From NCBI GenBank assembly GCA_035546215.1, contig DASZWR010000078.1:5053-69052 (forward strand): a stretch of 64,000 nucleotides of DNA. Reading direction: 5' to 3'. The notes under the pieces are model-generated. The model worked only from the letters and a program-made list of their open reading frames with translations. It had not been told where the DNA came from and did not search any database. Below, one piece after another: positions 38,940 through 47,537 of this stretch. Each line of letters starts with the position of its first letter. Within the stretch, counting starts at the first letter, position 1. The stretch comes from Gaiellaceae bacterium. GTDB lineage: Bacteria; Actinomycetota; Thermoleophilia; Gaiellales; Gaiellaceae. The position numbers and the translations under genes are program-made.

Positions 38940-39737
38940 ATGTACGCCCTCTCCCTGATCACGGCTCTCGTCATCGCGGCCGCAGGGCCGCCCCACAAGC
39001 CGAAGCCGCCCGTCTACCCGCTGCACACGAACGTCGTCGCGACGACGTTCTGGGTGGGCGAGATCTTCAACGCGTCGATCGCGGACGGCTCCCAGGTCTG
39101 TTCGACCTACGACAGCAAGTGGGCCTACCACTGGTCGGGCGGCGTGAACCTCGGCACCGACCCGTCGACCGACTGCGCCGGCGCGCCGATCGGCGGCTGC
39201 GACGGGATCCCGTCCGGGAGCGGCGACCGGTTCACGTGCCGCACCGAGCGCCGGACCGCGAGGAACGGGTACTTCCCGACCTCGCGGTCGGTGCACCCGA
39301 AGCAGAACCCGTTCTACCTCGACCTGCCATACGACGACGTCAACGACCGCACCGCGTTCGCCCAGCGCTGCAGGGTGATCCCCTGGGCGCGGTCGGTGCC
39401 GGCCTCGAAGTGCGGCGACCAGTCGTACTCGTACATGAAGAACCGCTGGGTCGCGATCACGGGGCCGAACCACCGCACCTGCTACGGCCAGGTCGAGGAC
39501 GCCGGTCCCTCGCACGGCTCCCTCTACCACGACGCGGCCTACGTCTTCGGCACCCGGAACGCCCGCCCGGCGCAGGGGCAGTTCAACGACGCGGGGCTCG
39601 ACGTCTCCCCCGCCCTGAACGGCTGCCTCGGCTTCCGGGAGCTCGACGGGGACGGCGACCGCGTCTCCTGGCGGTTCGTGACGAAGCCGCCGCCCGGCCC
39701 GTGGACGCGCATCGTCACCACCTCGCAGGTCTCCTGA
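38940..39737 (+). CDS. Secreted Cys-rich protein, paralog B
   Basis: SD GAGGAGG. Signal MYALSLITALVIAAAG. Same 241-aa domain beginning YPLHTNV..TTFWVGEIF and ending WTRIVTTSQVS. Confidence 0.75.
   Translation: MYALSLITALVIAAAGPPHKPKPPVYPLHTNVVATTFWVGEIFNASIADGSQVCSTYDSKWAYHWSGGVNLGTDPSTDCAGAPIGGCDGIPSGSGDRFTCRTERRTARNGYFPTSRSVHPKQNPFYLDLPYDDVNDRTAFAQRCRVIPWARSVPASKCGDQSYSYMKNRWVAITGPNHRTCYGQVEDAGPSHGSLYHDAAYVFGTRNARPAQGQFNDAGLDVSPALNGCLGFRELDGDGDRVSWRFVTKPPPGPWTRIVTTSQVS
39015..39737 (+). repeat. Copy 2 of the 723-bp tandem duplication
   Basis: See copy 1. Both copies end with an identical ...PWTRIVTTSQVS-stop. Confidence 0.85.
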
Positions 39738-39815
39738 ACCGGGCCTTGCCCTCCGACCGGTCGAGGTCGCACAATCGGGGCTAGCTCCATCCGTCACAAA
39801 CCCCTAGGAGGTCAG

Positions 39816-41402
39816 GTGGAAAGCCACGCGCACCACCACGACGATGAACGGCTCCTGCACAAGCTGGGCTACGCGCAGGTGCTCTACCGCGAGATGGGCG
39901 GGTTCTCGAACTTCGCGATCTCGTTCACGATCATCTCGATCCTCGCGGGCTGTCTCACGTCGTACTTCATCGCGTTCGACAACGGCGGCCCGATCGCAGC
40001 CACGTGGGGCTGGCTGATCGTGGGCTTCTTCTGCGTCCTCGTCGGGCTGGCGATGGGTGAGATCGCGTCGTCGATGCCGACGGCGGGCGCGATCTACTAC
40101 TGGTCGTCGAAGCTCGGCGGCCCGATCTACGGCTGGTTCTCGGGCTGGCTCAACCTGATCGGGCAGATCGCCGTGACCGCCGCGATCGACTACGGCGCCG
40201 CGATCTTCTGGACGGCGCTGATGCACCTCTGGTTCCCGAGCGTCAGCACCGGCACGCACACGGTGTTCATCACGTTCTCGGCGATCATGGCCGCGCATCT
40301 GCTGCTGAACCTGAACGGCGTACGCCTGCTCGCGATGCTGAACTCGATCTCGGCGTGGTGGCACATGGCCGGCGTCGCGGTGATCGTCGTCGTCCTCGCC
40401 GTCGTGCCCGACCACCACCAGTCGGCCGGGTTCGTGTTCGGGAAGACGATCAACGCGTCCGGCTTCTCGGGATCGAGCTTCGCGCATCCCGTGTTCTGGT
40501 TCGTGTTCGGCATCGGGCTCCTGATGGCGCAGTACACGATCACCGGTTTCGACGCGTCGGCCCACATGAGCGAGGAGACACGCACGGCCTCCCGCTCGGC
40601 CGCGTGGGGCGTCGTGATGTCGATCGCCGTCTCGGTCGTGTTCGGCTTCGTCCTGCTCGTCGCCGTCACCTTCGCCGTGCCCGACGTCCAGGGCACGATC
40701 GACGCCGGCGGGAACGCGGTGCCGTACATCTGGCAGACGTCGCTCGGCGACCGCTGGGCGGAGTTCCTGCTCCTGATCGCATGCATCGCGCAGTTCTTCT
40801 GCGGCGCGGCGTCGGTCACCGCGGCGTCGCGGATGATGTTCGCGTTCTCGCGCGACGGCGCCGTCCCCGGCCGCACGATCTGGCGCAAGGTGACGAGGAG
40901 GAACCGCGTACCGATCAACGCCGTCATGGCGATCGCAGTCCTCTCGTGGGCGCTCATGATCCCGACGCTCGCGAACGGCGCGATCGGCTACCTCGTCGGC
41001 ACGTCCGTCGCCGTCATCGGGCTCTACCTCGCGTTCGCGATCCCGATTGCGCTTCGCATCCGCGCGGGCTCGAGCTTCGAGCACGGCGCCTGGAGCCTCG
41101 GCAACCACTACAAGTGGATCAACCCGATCGCGGTCATCTGGATCGCGATCGTGACGGTGCTGTTCCTGATGCCGACCGTCCCCACAGCCATCCCGTGGAA
41201 GACGGGCTTCGACTGGAACGTCGTCAACTACGCGCCGATCACGCTGGGCGGCGTCCTGCTCGCGGTCGCCATCTGGTGGGTCGTCTCGGCGCGCAAGTGG
41301 TTCAAGGGCCCGGTCGTCGAGGGCACCGAGGCCGAGCTGGCGCAGATCGAGGCGCAGTACGACCGGGGCGGCGGGCAAGGCACCGCCGTTCCGTCGGCGT
41401 AG
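39816..41402 (+). CDS. APC-superfamily amino acid/amine permease
   Basis: SD AGGAGG before the GTG. LGYAQVLYREMGGFSNFAISFTIIS...GEIASSMPTAGAIYYW. 12 or more TMs. Confidence 0.85.
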   Translation: MESHAHHHDDERLLHKLGYAQVLYREMGGFSNFAISFTIISILAGCLTSYFIAFDNGGPIAATWGWLIVGFFCVLVGLAMGEIASSMPTAGAIYYWSSKLGGPIYGWFSGWLNLIGQIAVTAAIDYGAAIFWTALMHLWFPSVSTGTHTVFITFSAIMAAHLLLNLNGVRLLAMLNSISAWWHMAGVAVIVVVLAVVPDHHQSAGFVFGKTINASGFSGSSFAHPVFWFVFGIGLLMAQYTITGFDASAHMSEETRTASRSAAWGVVMSIAVSVVFGFVLLVAVTFAVPDVQGTIDAGGNAVPYIWQTSLGDRWAEFLLLIACIAQFFCGAASVTAASRMMFAFSRDGAVPGRTIWRKVTRRNRVPINAVMAIAVLSWALMIPTLANGAIGYLVGTSVAVIGLYLAFAIPIALRIRAGSSFEHGAWSLGNHYKWINPIAVIWIAIVTVLFLMPTVPTAIPWKTGFDWNVVNYAPITLGGVLLAVAIWWVVSARKWFKGPVVEGTEAELAQIEAQYDRGGGQGTAVPSA

Positions 41403-41424
41403 GATCGTTCCCGGACATCGGATC

Positions 41425-41454
41425 GGAGGGAGCCGGCGAGCGCCGGCTCCCTCC
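41425..41454 (+). terminator. Strong hairpin after the permease gene (terminator or attenuator)
   Basis: GGAGGGAGCCGGCG-AG-CGCCGGCTCCCTCC: 12-14 bp perfect stem followed by TCTTCA. Confidence 0.45.
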
Positions 41455-41471
41455 TCTTCAAGGAGGCTTGC

Positions 41472-42797
41472 GTGCTGACGCTCGATGAGCTGCGCTCGGA
41501 TTCGTCGATCGACACCGTGATCATGGCGTTCACCGACATGCAGGGCCGCCTGCTCGGAAAGCGCCTGCACCGCGACTTCTTCTTCGAGCAGGTCGACCAC
41601 GGGCACGGCACGGAGGGGTGCAACTACCTGCTCGCCCTCGACATGGAGATGGATCCCGTGCCCGGCTACGAGATCGCGTCGTGGGAGCGCGGCTACGGCG
41701 ACTTCGAGCTGCAGCCCGACCTGGGGACGCTGCGCCGGATCCCGTGGCTCGAGGCGACCGCGCTCGTCCTGTGCGACGTCGCGTGGGGCGACTCGTCTCC
41801 CGTTCGGCCCTCTCCACGCCAGGTGCTGCGCGCGCAGATCGAGCGCGCGCGGGCGCTCGGCTTCGAGGTGATGGTCGGCTCTGAGCTCGAGTTCTACTTG
41901 CTGCGCGAGTCGTACGAGGAGGCGCACCGGCTCGGGTACACGGGGCTCACGCCGTCGGTGCCGTACATCCTCGACTACCACATCCTCGCCACCACCTACG
42001 ACGAGCCGCTGCTCCGGCAGATCCGCAACGGAATGCAGGGCGCGGGCATCCGCGTCGAGACGTCGAAGGGCGAGGCGTGGCCCGGGCAGCAGGAGATCAA
42101 CTTCCGCTTCTCCGACGCGCTGACCATGGCCGACAACCACGTCGTCTACAAGAACGGCGCCAAGGAGATCGCGCACCTGAACGGCTGCTCGATCACGTTC
42201 ATGGCGAAGCCGTCGCACGAGTGGATCGGCTCGTCGTGCCACATCCACTCGTCGTTGTGGCGCGACGGGTCGCCGGCGTTCGCGTCGGACGAGACGCTGT
42301 TCGGGCGCTACCTCGCGGGCCAGATCGCGTGCGCCCGCGAGCTGGCGCTCTTCTTCGCGCCGAACGTCAACTCGTACAAGCGCTACGCCGCCGGGTCGTG
42401 GGCGCCGACGACGCTCGCCTGGGGGGTCGACAACCGCACCTGCGGCTTCCGCATCGTCGGGTCGGGCGGCGCCCGGCGGGTCGAGTCGCGGATCCCGGGC
42501 GCGGACGTGAACCCGTACCTCGCGTTCGCGGCGACGATCGCGGCCGGGCTGTACGGGATCGAGCAGGAGCTGGAGCTCCCATCCGCCTTCGAGGGAAACG
42601 CGTACGAATCGTCGGTGGAACGGTTCCCGTCGACGCTGCGCGAGGCGATCTCCTCCCTGGAGAGCGGCTCGGTCGCGCGCGCGGCGCTCGGCGACGACGT
42701 CGTCGAGCACTACCTCAACTACGGGCGGACGGAGCAGGGGCTGTTCGACCGCGTGGTCACGAACTGGGAGCGGGAGCGGCTGTATGAGCGCGGCTGA
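41472..42797 (+). CDS. Glutamine synthetase-family gamma-glutamyl-amine synthetase (GlnA3/GlnA4/PuuA-like)
   Basis: GS catalytic-domain motifs GSELEFYLL, PGQQEINF, KPSHEWIGSSCHIHSSLW, NSYKRY and ESRIPGADVNPYLA. Confidence 0.85.
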   Translation: MLTLDELRSDSSIDTVIMAFTDMQGRLLGKRLHRDFFFEQVDHGHGTEGCNYLLALDMEMDPVPGYEIASWERGYGDFELQPDLGTLRRIPWLEATALVLCDVAWGDSSPVRPSPRQVLRAQIERARALGFEVMVGSELEFYLLRESYEEAHRLGYTGLTPSVPYILDYHILATTYDEPLLRQIRNGMQGAGIRVETSKGEAWPGQQEINFRFSDALTMADNHVVYKNGAKEIAHLNGCSITFMAKPSHEWIGSSCHIHSSLWRDGSPAFASDETLFGRYLAGQIACARELALFFAPNVNSYKRYAAGSWAPTTLAWGVDNRTCGFRIVGSGGARRVESRIPGADVNPYLAFAATIAAGLYGIEQELELPSAFEGNAYESSVERFPSTLREAISSLESGSVARAALGDDVVEHYLNYGRTEQGLFDRVVTNWERERLYERG

Positions 42798-43506
42798 GCC
42801 GCCGGTGATCGGCGTCACCACGTACCTCACGCCGGCGCGCTGGGGGGCGTGGGACATGGAGGCGGCGCTCGTGCCGGCGGACTACGTGCGCGGTGTCGTG
42901 CGTGCGGGCGGATCGCCGCTGCTCGTGCCTCCGGGCGCGTCCCTCGACGCGACGCTCGCGGTCGTCGACGGGCTGGTGTTCTCCGGCGGCTCGGATCTCG
43001 ATCCGGAGCTGTACGGCGCCGATGCGCATCCGGAGACGGCCGGGGTGATCCGGGAGCGGGACGACTTCGAGCTGGAGCTGATGCGCGCCGCGCTCGAGCG
43101 GGACGTGCCGATGCTCGCGATCTGCCGCGGCTCGCAGGTGCTGAACGTTGCGCTCGGCGGAGACCTGGAGCAGCACGTCCCTGACCGGGTCGGCTCGGAG
43201 CTGCATCGCGAGGTGCCGGGCGTGTTCTCCGACCACGGCGTCGAGGTGGTCGGCGGGACGCGGCTCGGCTCGCTGATCGGCGACCGGCACGACGTGAAGT
43301 CGCACCACCATCAGGGCTTCGGCGAGGTGGGCGACGGCCTGGTCGTCGCCGCGCGTGCCCCGGACGGGACCGTGGAGGCGCTGGAAGCCCCGGCGCGCCG
43401 GTTCACGCTGGGCGTCCTGTGGCATCCCGAAGCGGCCGAAGACCGCGCGCTCTTCGAAGCGCTGGTCGCGGAGGCGAGCGCGTACCGAGCCGCGCGCGGG
43501 GCGTAG
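42784..43506 (+). CDS. Gamma-glutamyl-amide hydrolase (peptidase C26 / PuuD-like class I amidotransferase)
   Basis: GGSDLDPELYG, ICRGSQVLNVALGG (nucleophile Cys) and LWHPE motifs. 14-nt overlap with the GS-like gene. Confidence 0.85.
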   Translation: MSAAEPPVIGVTTYLTPARWGAWDMEAALVPADYVRGVVRAGGSPLLVPPGASLDATLAVVDGLVFSGGSDLDPELYGADAHPETAGVIRERDDFELELMRAALERDVPMLAICRGSQVLNVALGGDLEQHVPDRVGSELHREVPGVFSDHGVEVVGGTRLGSLIGDRHDVKSHHHQGFGEVGDGLVVAARAPDGTVEALEAPARRFTLGVLWHPEAAEDRALFEALVAEASAYRAARGA

Positions 43507-44240
43507 CTTCTCGGCAGGGCTTGGCTAGACGAGTCCCTTCGCCAAACGACGTGACGAAAGCGTCACGAACTGTCCACAGACGATGCGCGACGGCGCCGGC
43601 GCTCGTACCGTGGCCCGCATGCCGCGGCGCCCCCCGATCGATCCGGAAGGGACATACCACGTCGGCTCGCGTGGCTCGTACGGCGCCACGATGTTCGCCG
43701 ACCCTGCCGAGCACGAGACGTTCCTGCGGATGTACGAGCGCGTGTCGCGGAAGTACCAGTGGCGGACGGCCGCGTGGGCTCTCATGAAGAACCACTTCCA
43801 CTTCGTGCTCACGCTGACGAAGGGCGGACTGTCCGAGGGAATGCGCGAGCTGAACGGCGGATTCTCGCGCTGGCGAAATGAGATCTACGGCCAGACCGGC
43901 AAGGGGCACCTCGTCCGCCACGCCTTCTTCGCGCGTCGCCTCGAGACGACCGACGCGCTGATCGCGGCCTGCGTGTACGTCGACCTGAACCCGACTGCAC
44001 GTCGCGCGAGATGGTCGGTGCGCCAGTCGGACTGGTGCAGCCAGGCGGCGACGCTCGGGCACTCTCATCCTCGGAGCTTCCACACACCTTCCCTGCTCCT
44101 GGAGGCGCTCGACCCTCGACCCGCGAAGGCTCGCGCCGCGTACCGCGAGCTCCTCCGAACCGAGCATGACCGTCGGCGACAGGTCTCCTCGCCAAACGAC
44201 GAGGGTTACGAGGAGGGTTGGGGCGACTAGGATCGGCGGG
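43507..44240 (+). mobile_element. IS200/RAYT-like insertion in the operon's intergenic space (boundaries approximate)
   Basis: Y1 transposase gene plus an upstream hairpin CGTGACG-AAAG-CGTCACG (43550-43567). 13-nt perfect direct repeat TCGCCAAACGACG at 43539-43551 and 44189-44201. Confidence 0.4.
43619..44230 (+). CDS. REP-associated/IS200-like tyrosine (Y1, HUH) transposase
   Basis: MPRRPPIDPEGTYHVGSRG N-terminus, HUH motif NHFHFVL, catalytic Tyr context CVYVDLNPTAR. The upstream ATG at 43583 is less likely. Confidence 0.75.
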   Translation: MPRRPPIDPEGTYHVGSRGSYGATMFADPAEHETFLRMYERVSRKYQWRTAAWALMKNHFHFVLTLTKGGLSEGMRELNGGFSRWRNEIYGQTGKGHLVRHAFFARRLETTDALIAACVYVDLNPTARRARWSVRQSDWCSQAATLGHSHPRSFHTPSLLLEALDPRPAKARAAYRELLRTEHDRRRQVSSPNDEGYEEGWGD

Positions 44241-45593
44241 ATGGCGATTCGCGTGATCAACCCGGCGACCGAGGAGGCGATCGTCACCCTCGAGTCGGCC
44301 GGGGTGGGCGAGACCGACGCGGCTGTGGCTGCGGCCCGGCGCGCCTTCCCCGCCTGGCGCGCCGTCGGCCCCGCCGACCGGGCGCGGCTGCTGCGGCGGC
44401 TCGCGACGCTCGTCGAGGAGCACGGCGAGGAGCTCGCGCGGATCGAGTCGCAGAACGTCGGCAAGCCGATCAGCGGCGCACGCGGCGAGGTCGGCATGGT
44501 CGCCGACGTCTTCCACTACTACGCCGGCGCCGTCGACAAGCCGAGCGGCGAGACGATCCCCGTCGCCGGCGGGATCGACCTGACGTTCCGCGAGCCGCTC
44601 GGCGTCGTCGGGCTGATCGTCCCGTGGAACTTCCCGCTCAACATCGCGAGCTGGAAGGTCGGCCCCGCGCTCGCCTGCGGGAACACGATCGTGCTGAAGC
44701 CCGCCGAGCTGACCCCGCTCTCCGCGCTCCGGCTCGCCGAGCTGGCGCTCGAAGCCGGGATCCCCGAAGGCGTGTTCAACGTCGTCGTCGGCAAGGGCTC
44801 GGTCGTCGGACAGCGGCTCGTCGAGCACCCCGACGTCGCCAAGATCGGCTTCACCGGCAGCACCGAGGTCGGCCGCGGCGTCATGCAGGGAGCCGCCGCC
44901 ACGATCAAGCGCGTCACCCTCGAGCTCGGCGGCAAGAGCGCCAACGTGATCTTCGCCGACGCCGACCTGGAGAAGGCCGCCGCCGCGGCGCCCTACGCCG
45001 TCTTCGACAACGCCGGCCAGGACTGCTGCGCGCGCAGCCGCATCCTGGTCGAGAAGCCCGCCTACGACCGCTTCGCGGACCTGCTGATCGCCGCGACCCG
45101 CAACGTCAAGGTCGGCGACCCCGCCGACGACGCGACCGAGATGGGCCCGCTCGTCAGCGCCGCCCACCGGGAGACCGTCGCGAGCTTCGTCGAGGGCGAC
45201 CCGCTCTTCACCGGCGACGCACCAGACGGCAAGGGCTTCTGGTTCCCCTGCACGCTCGTCGAGGCGACGAACGACGACCGCGTCGCGCGGGAGGAGGTCT
45301 TCGGCCCCGTCGCAGCGCTGATCCCGTTCGAGGACGAAGCCGACGCGATCCGGATCGCCAACGACACCCCCTACGGCCTCTCGGGCAGCATCTGGACGCA
45401 GAACGGCGCGCGCGCCCTGCGCGTCGCGCGCGCGCTCGACACCGGCGTGCTGAGCGTCAACTCGAACTCCAGCGTGCGCGTGTCGACCCCGTTCGGCGGC
45501 TTCAAGCAATCCGGCTTCGGCCGCGAGCTCGGGATGCACGCGCTCCAGGGCTACTCGGAGCTGAAGAACGTCTACTACTCGACGGAGGGCTGA
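44241..45593 (+). CDS. NAD(P)-dependent aldehyde dehydrogenase (PuuC-like)
   Basis: VINPATEE, PWNFPL, FTGSTEVG, ELGGKSA, catalytic GQDCCA and PFGGFKQSG motifs. Confidence 0.9.
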   Translation: MAIRVINPATEEAIVTLESAGVGETDAAVAAARRAFPAWRAVGPADRARLLRRLATLVEEHGEELARIESQNVGKPISGARGEVGMVADVFHYYAGAVDKPSGETIPVAGGIDLTFREPLGVVGLIVPWNFPLNIASWKVGPALACGNTIVLKPAELTPLSALRLAELALEAGIPEGVFNVVVGKGSVVGQRLVEHPDVAKIGFTGSTEVGRGVMQGAAATIKRVTLELGGKSANVIFADADLEKAAAAAPYAVFDNAGQDCCARSRILVEKPAYDRFADLLIAATRNVKVGDPADDATEMGPLVSAAHRETVASFVEGDPLFTGDAPDGKGFWFPCTLVEATNDDRVAREEVFGPVAALIPFEDEADAIRIANDTPYGLSGSIWTQNGARALRVARALDTGVLSVNSNSSVRVSTPFGGFKQSGFGRELGMHALQGYSELKNVYYSTEG

Positions 45594-46363
45594 TGGCTCG
45601 TCTCGACGGCAAGGTCTGCGTGATCACCGGGGCAGGCGGCGGCATGGGCCGCGACGCCGCCGTCCTCTTCACCGAGGAGGGGGCGCAGGTCTGCGTCGCC
45701 GACGTGAACGAGGAAGCGGCGAACGAGACCGTCGCCCAGACGAACGGCAACGCCTTCGCCGTGCGCGTCGACGTCGCCGACGAGGCGAGCGTCGCCGCCA
45801 TGATGACCGCGACGAAGGAGCGCTTCGGCGGCATCGACGTCCTCTACAACAACGCCGGCATCTCGCCCGACGACGACGCGTCGATCCTCGACACGAGCGT
45901 CGAGGCGTGGGACCGCGTGCAGGCCGTCAACACGAAGGGCGTCTTCCTCTGCTGCAAGCACGGGATCCCCCACCTGCTCGAGCGCGGCGGCGGCAGCGTG
46001 ATCAACGTGGCGAGCTTCGTCGCGATCGTCGGCGCCGCCACCAGCCAGATCTCCTACACCGCCTCCAAGGGCGCAGTCCTGTCCATGACGAGAGAGCTCG
46101 CGGTGCAGTTCGCGCGGCAGAACGTCCGCGTGAACGCCCTCTGCCCCGGACCGGTCGAGACGCCGCTCCTGCTGAACATCTTCGGCGACAACCCGGCAGC
46201 GCTCGAGCGCCGCCGCACGCACTGGCCGACCGGTCGCCTGGCGAAGCCGCGCGAGATCGTCAACGGCGCGCTGTTCCTGGCCTCCGACGAGTCGAGCTAC
46301 GTGAACGGCGCGACCTTCCTGGTCGACGGCGGCCTCACCGCCGCGTACGTGACGCCCGAGTGA
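45593..46363 (+). CDS. SDR-family oxidoreductase
   Basis: TGATG junction. TGAGGGMG, NNAG and YTASKGAV motifs. Confidence 0.9.
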   Translation: MARLDGKVCVITGAGGGMGRDAAVLFTEEGAQVCVADVNEEAANETVAQTNGNAFAVRVDVADEASVAAMMTATKERFGGIDVLYNNAGISPDDDASILDTSVEAWDRVQAVNTKGVFLCCKHGIPHLLERGGGSVINVASFVAIVGAATSQISYTASKGAVLSMTRELAVQFARQNVRVNALCPGPVETPLLLNIFGDNPAALERRRTHWPTGRLAKPREIVNGALFLASDESSYVNGATFLVDGGLTAAYVTPE

Positions 46364-47148
46364 AGATCTGCCTGATGATCGAGGGCCAGGAGGGCGTCTC
46401 CTGGCCGCAGTGGGTCGCGCTCGCGCGCGCCGCCGAGGACGCCGGGCTCGACGGCCTCTTCCGCTCCGACCACTACCGCTCGATCGGCCGCGGCGACCCC
46501 GCGGGCTCGCTCGACGCCTGGGGCACGCTCTGCGCGCTCGCGGCGATCACGACCGACATCCGCCTCGGGACGCTCGTCTCGCCCGTCACGTTCCGTCACC
46601 CGTCGGTGCTGGCGAAGCTCGTCACGACCGCCGACCACGTGTCGAACGGGCGCGTCGAGCTCGGCATCGGCGCCGGCTGGATGGAGGCCGAGCACGAGTC
46701 GTACCGGTTCGACTTCCGCACGACCAGGGGGCGCCTCGACGAGCTCGACCGCCAGCTCGCCGAGATCACGCGCCAGTGGACGGAGGCCGACGACGTGTGG
46801 CCGAAGCCCGTGCAGAAGCCGCGGCCGCCGATCCTCGTCGGGGGCAGCGCGAAACCGCGGACGGTCGCCGCGGCGGTCAGATACGCCGACGAGTACAACA
46901 CCGTCTGGCCGACCGTCGAGGAGGCCCGCGAGCGCAAGCAGCGCCTCGACGAAGCCGCGGCCGCCGCGGGTCGCGAGCCGCTCCGCTTCTCGATGATGCT
47001 GAAGCTCGAAGGCAGCATCGACGAGCTCGAGGAGCGTCTCCGCGCCTACGAGGAGGCCGGCGTCTACCGCACGATGCTCCAGCACCTCGAGCACGAGAAC
47101 GTCGAGCGGGTTGCCGAGCTGGGCGAGCTCGCGGCCCGACTACGCTAG
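46360..47148 (+). CDS. LLM-class F420-dependent oxidoreductase
   Basis: GTGA overlap. LFRSDHY...LGTLVSPVTFRHP...ELGIGAGW motifs. Confidence 0.8.
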   Translation: MKICLMIEGQEGVSWPQWVALARAAEDAGLDGLFRSDHYRSIGRGDPAGSLDAWGTLCALAAITTDIRLGTLVSPVTFRHPSVLAKLVTTADHVSNGRVELGIGAGWMEAEHESYRFDFRTTRGRLDELDRQLAEITRQWTEADDVWPKPVQKPRPPILVGGSAKPRTVAAAVRYADEYNTVWPTVEEARERKQRLDEAAAAAGREPLRFSMMLKLEGSIDELEERLRAYEEAGVYRTMLQHLEHENVERVAELGELAARLR

Positions 47149-47153
47149 GTGGC

Positions 47154-47537
47154 GTGCGTGTCTTCCTGGTGCGCCACGCCGAGGCTGCGCCCGGCGAGCC
47201 GGACGAGCTGCGCCCGCTGACCGACGCGGGACGCGCGGCTGCGCGCGCCCTCGGCGAGCGGCTGGCCGAGGTGCATCCGGACGCCGTGGTGACGAGCCCG
47301 CACCTGCGCGCCCGGGAGACCGGCGAGGCGATCGCGCGCGCCGCCGGCCTCACCGCCCAGCCGCACGACGGCCTCGGCTTCGACGCGACCGCCGGCAGCC
47401 TGAGAGCCGCTGTGCAGGGCCGCGGCGAGACGGTCGTCGCCGTCGGCCACCAGCCCAACTGCAGCGAGATCGTGCTCGCCCTCACGGGCCGCGAGGTGCG
47501 CTTCGCACCGGCGGACGTGCAGGAGCTCGAGCTGTGA
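47154..47537 (+). CDS. Histidine phosphatase family protein (SixA-like)
   Basis: VRVFLVRHAEA (RHG motif variant)...VVTSPHLRARETG...VGHQP. Confidence 0.7.
   Translation: MRVFLVRHAEAAPGEPDELRPLTDAGRAAARALGERLAEVHPDAVVTSPHLRARETGEAIARAAGLTAQPHDGLGFDATAGSLRAAVQGRGETVVAVGHQPNCSEIVLALTGREVRFAPADVQELEL

Noticed and set aside
43539-44201. The 13-nt direct repeat TCGCCAAACGACG flanking most of the transposase gene, read as a target-site duplication.
   Set aside because: IS200/IS605-type Y1 transposases do not make target duplications. The right copy also lies inside the transposase ORF, 30 nt before its stop. I kept it only as an observation under the mobile-element finding.
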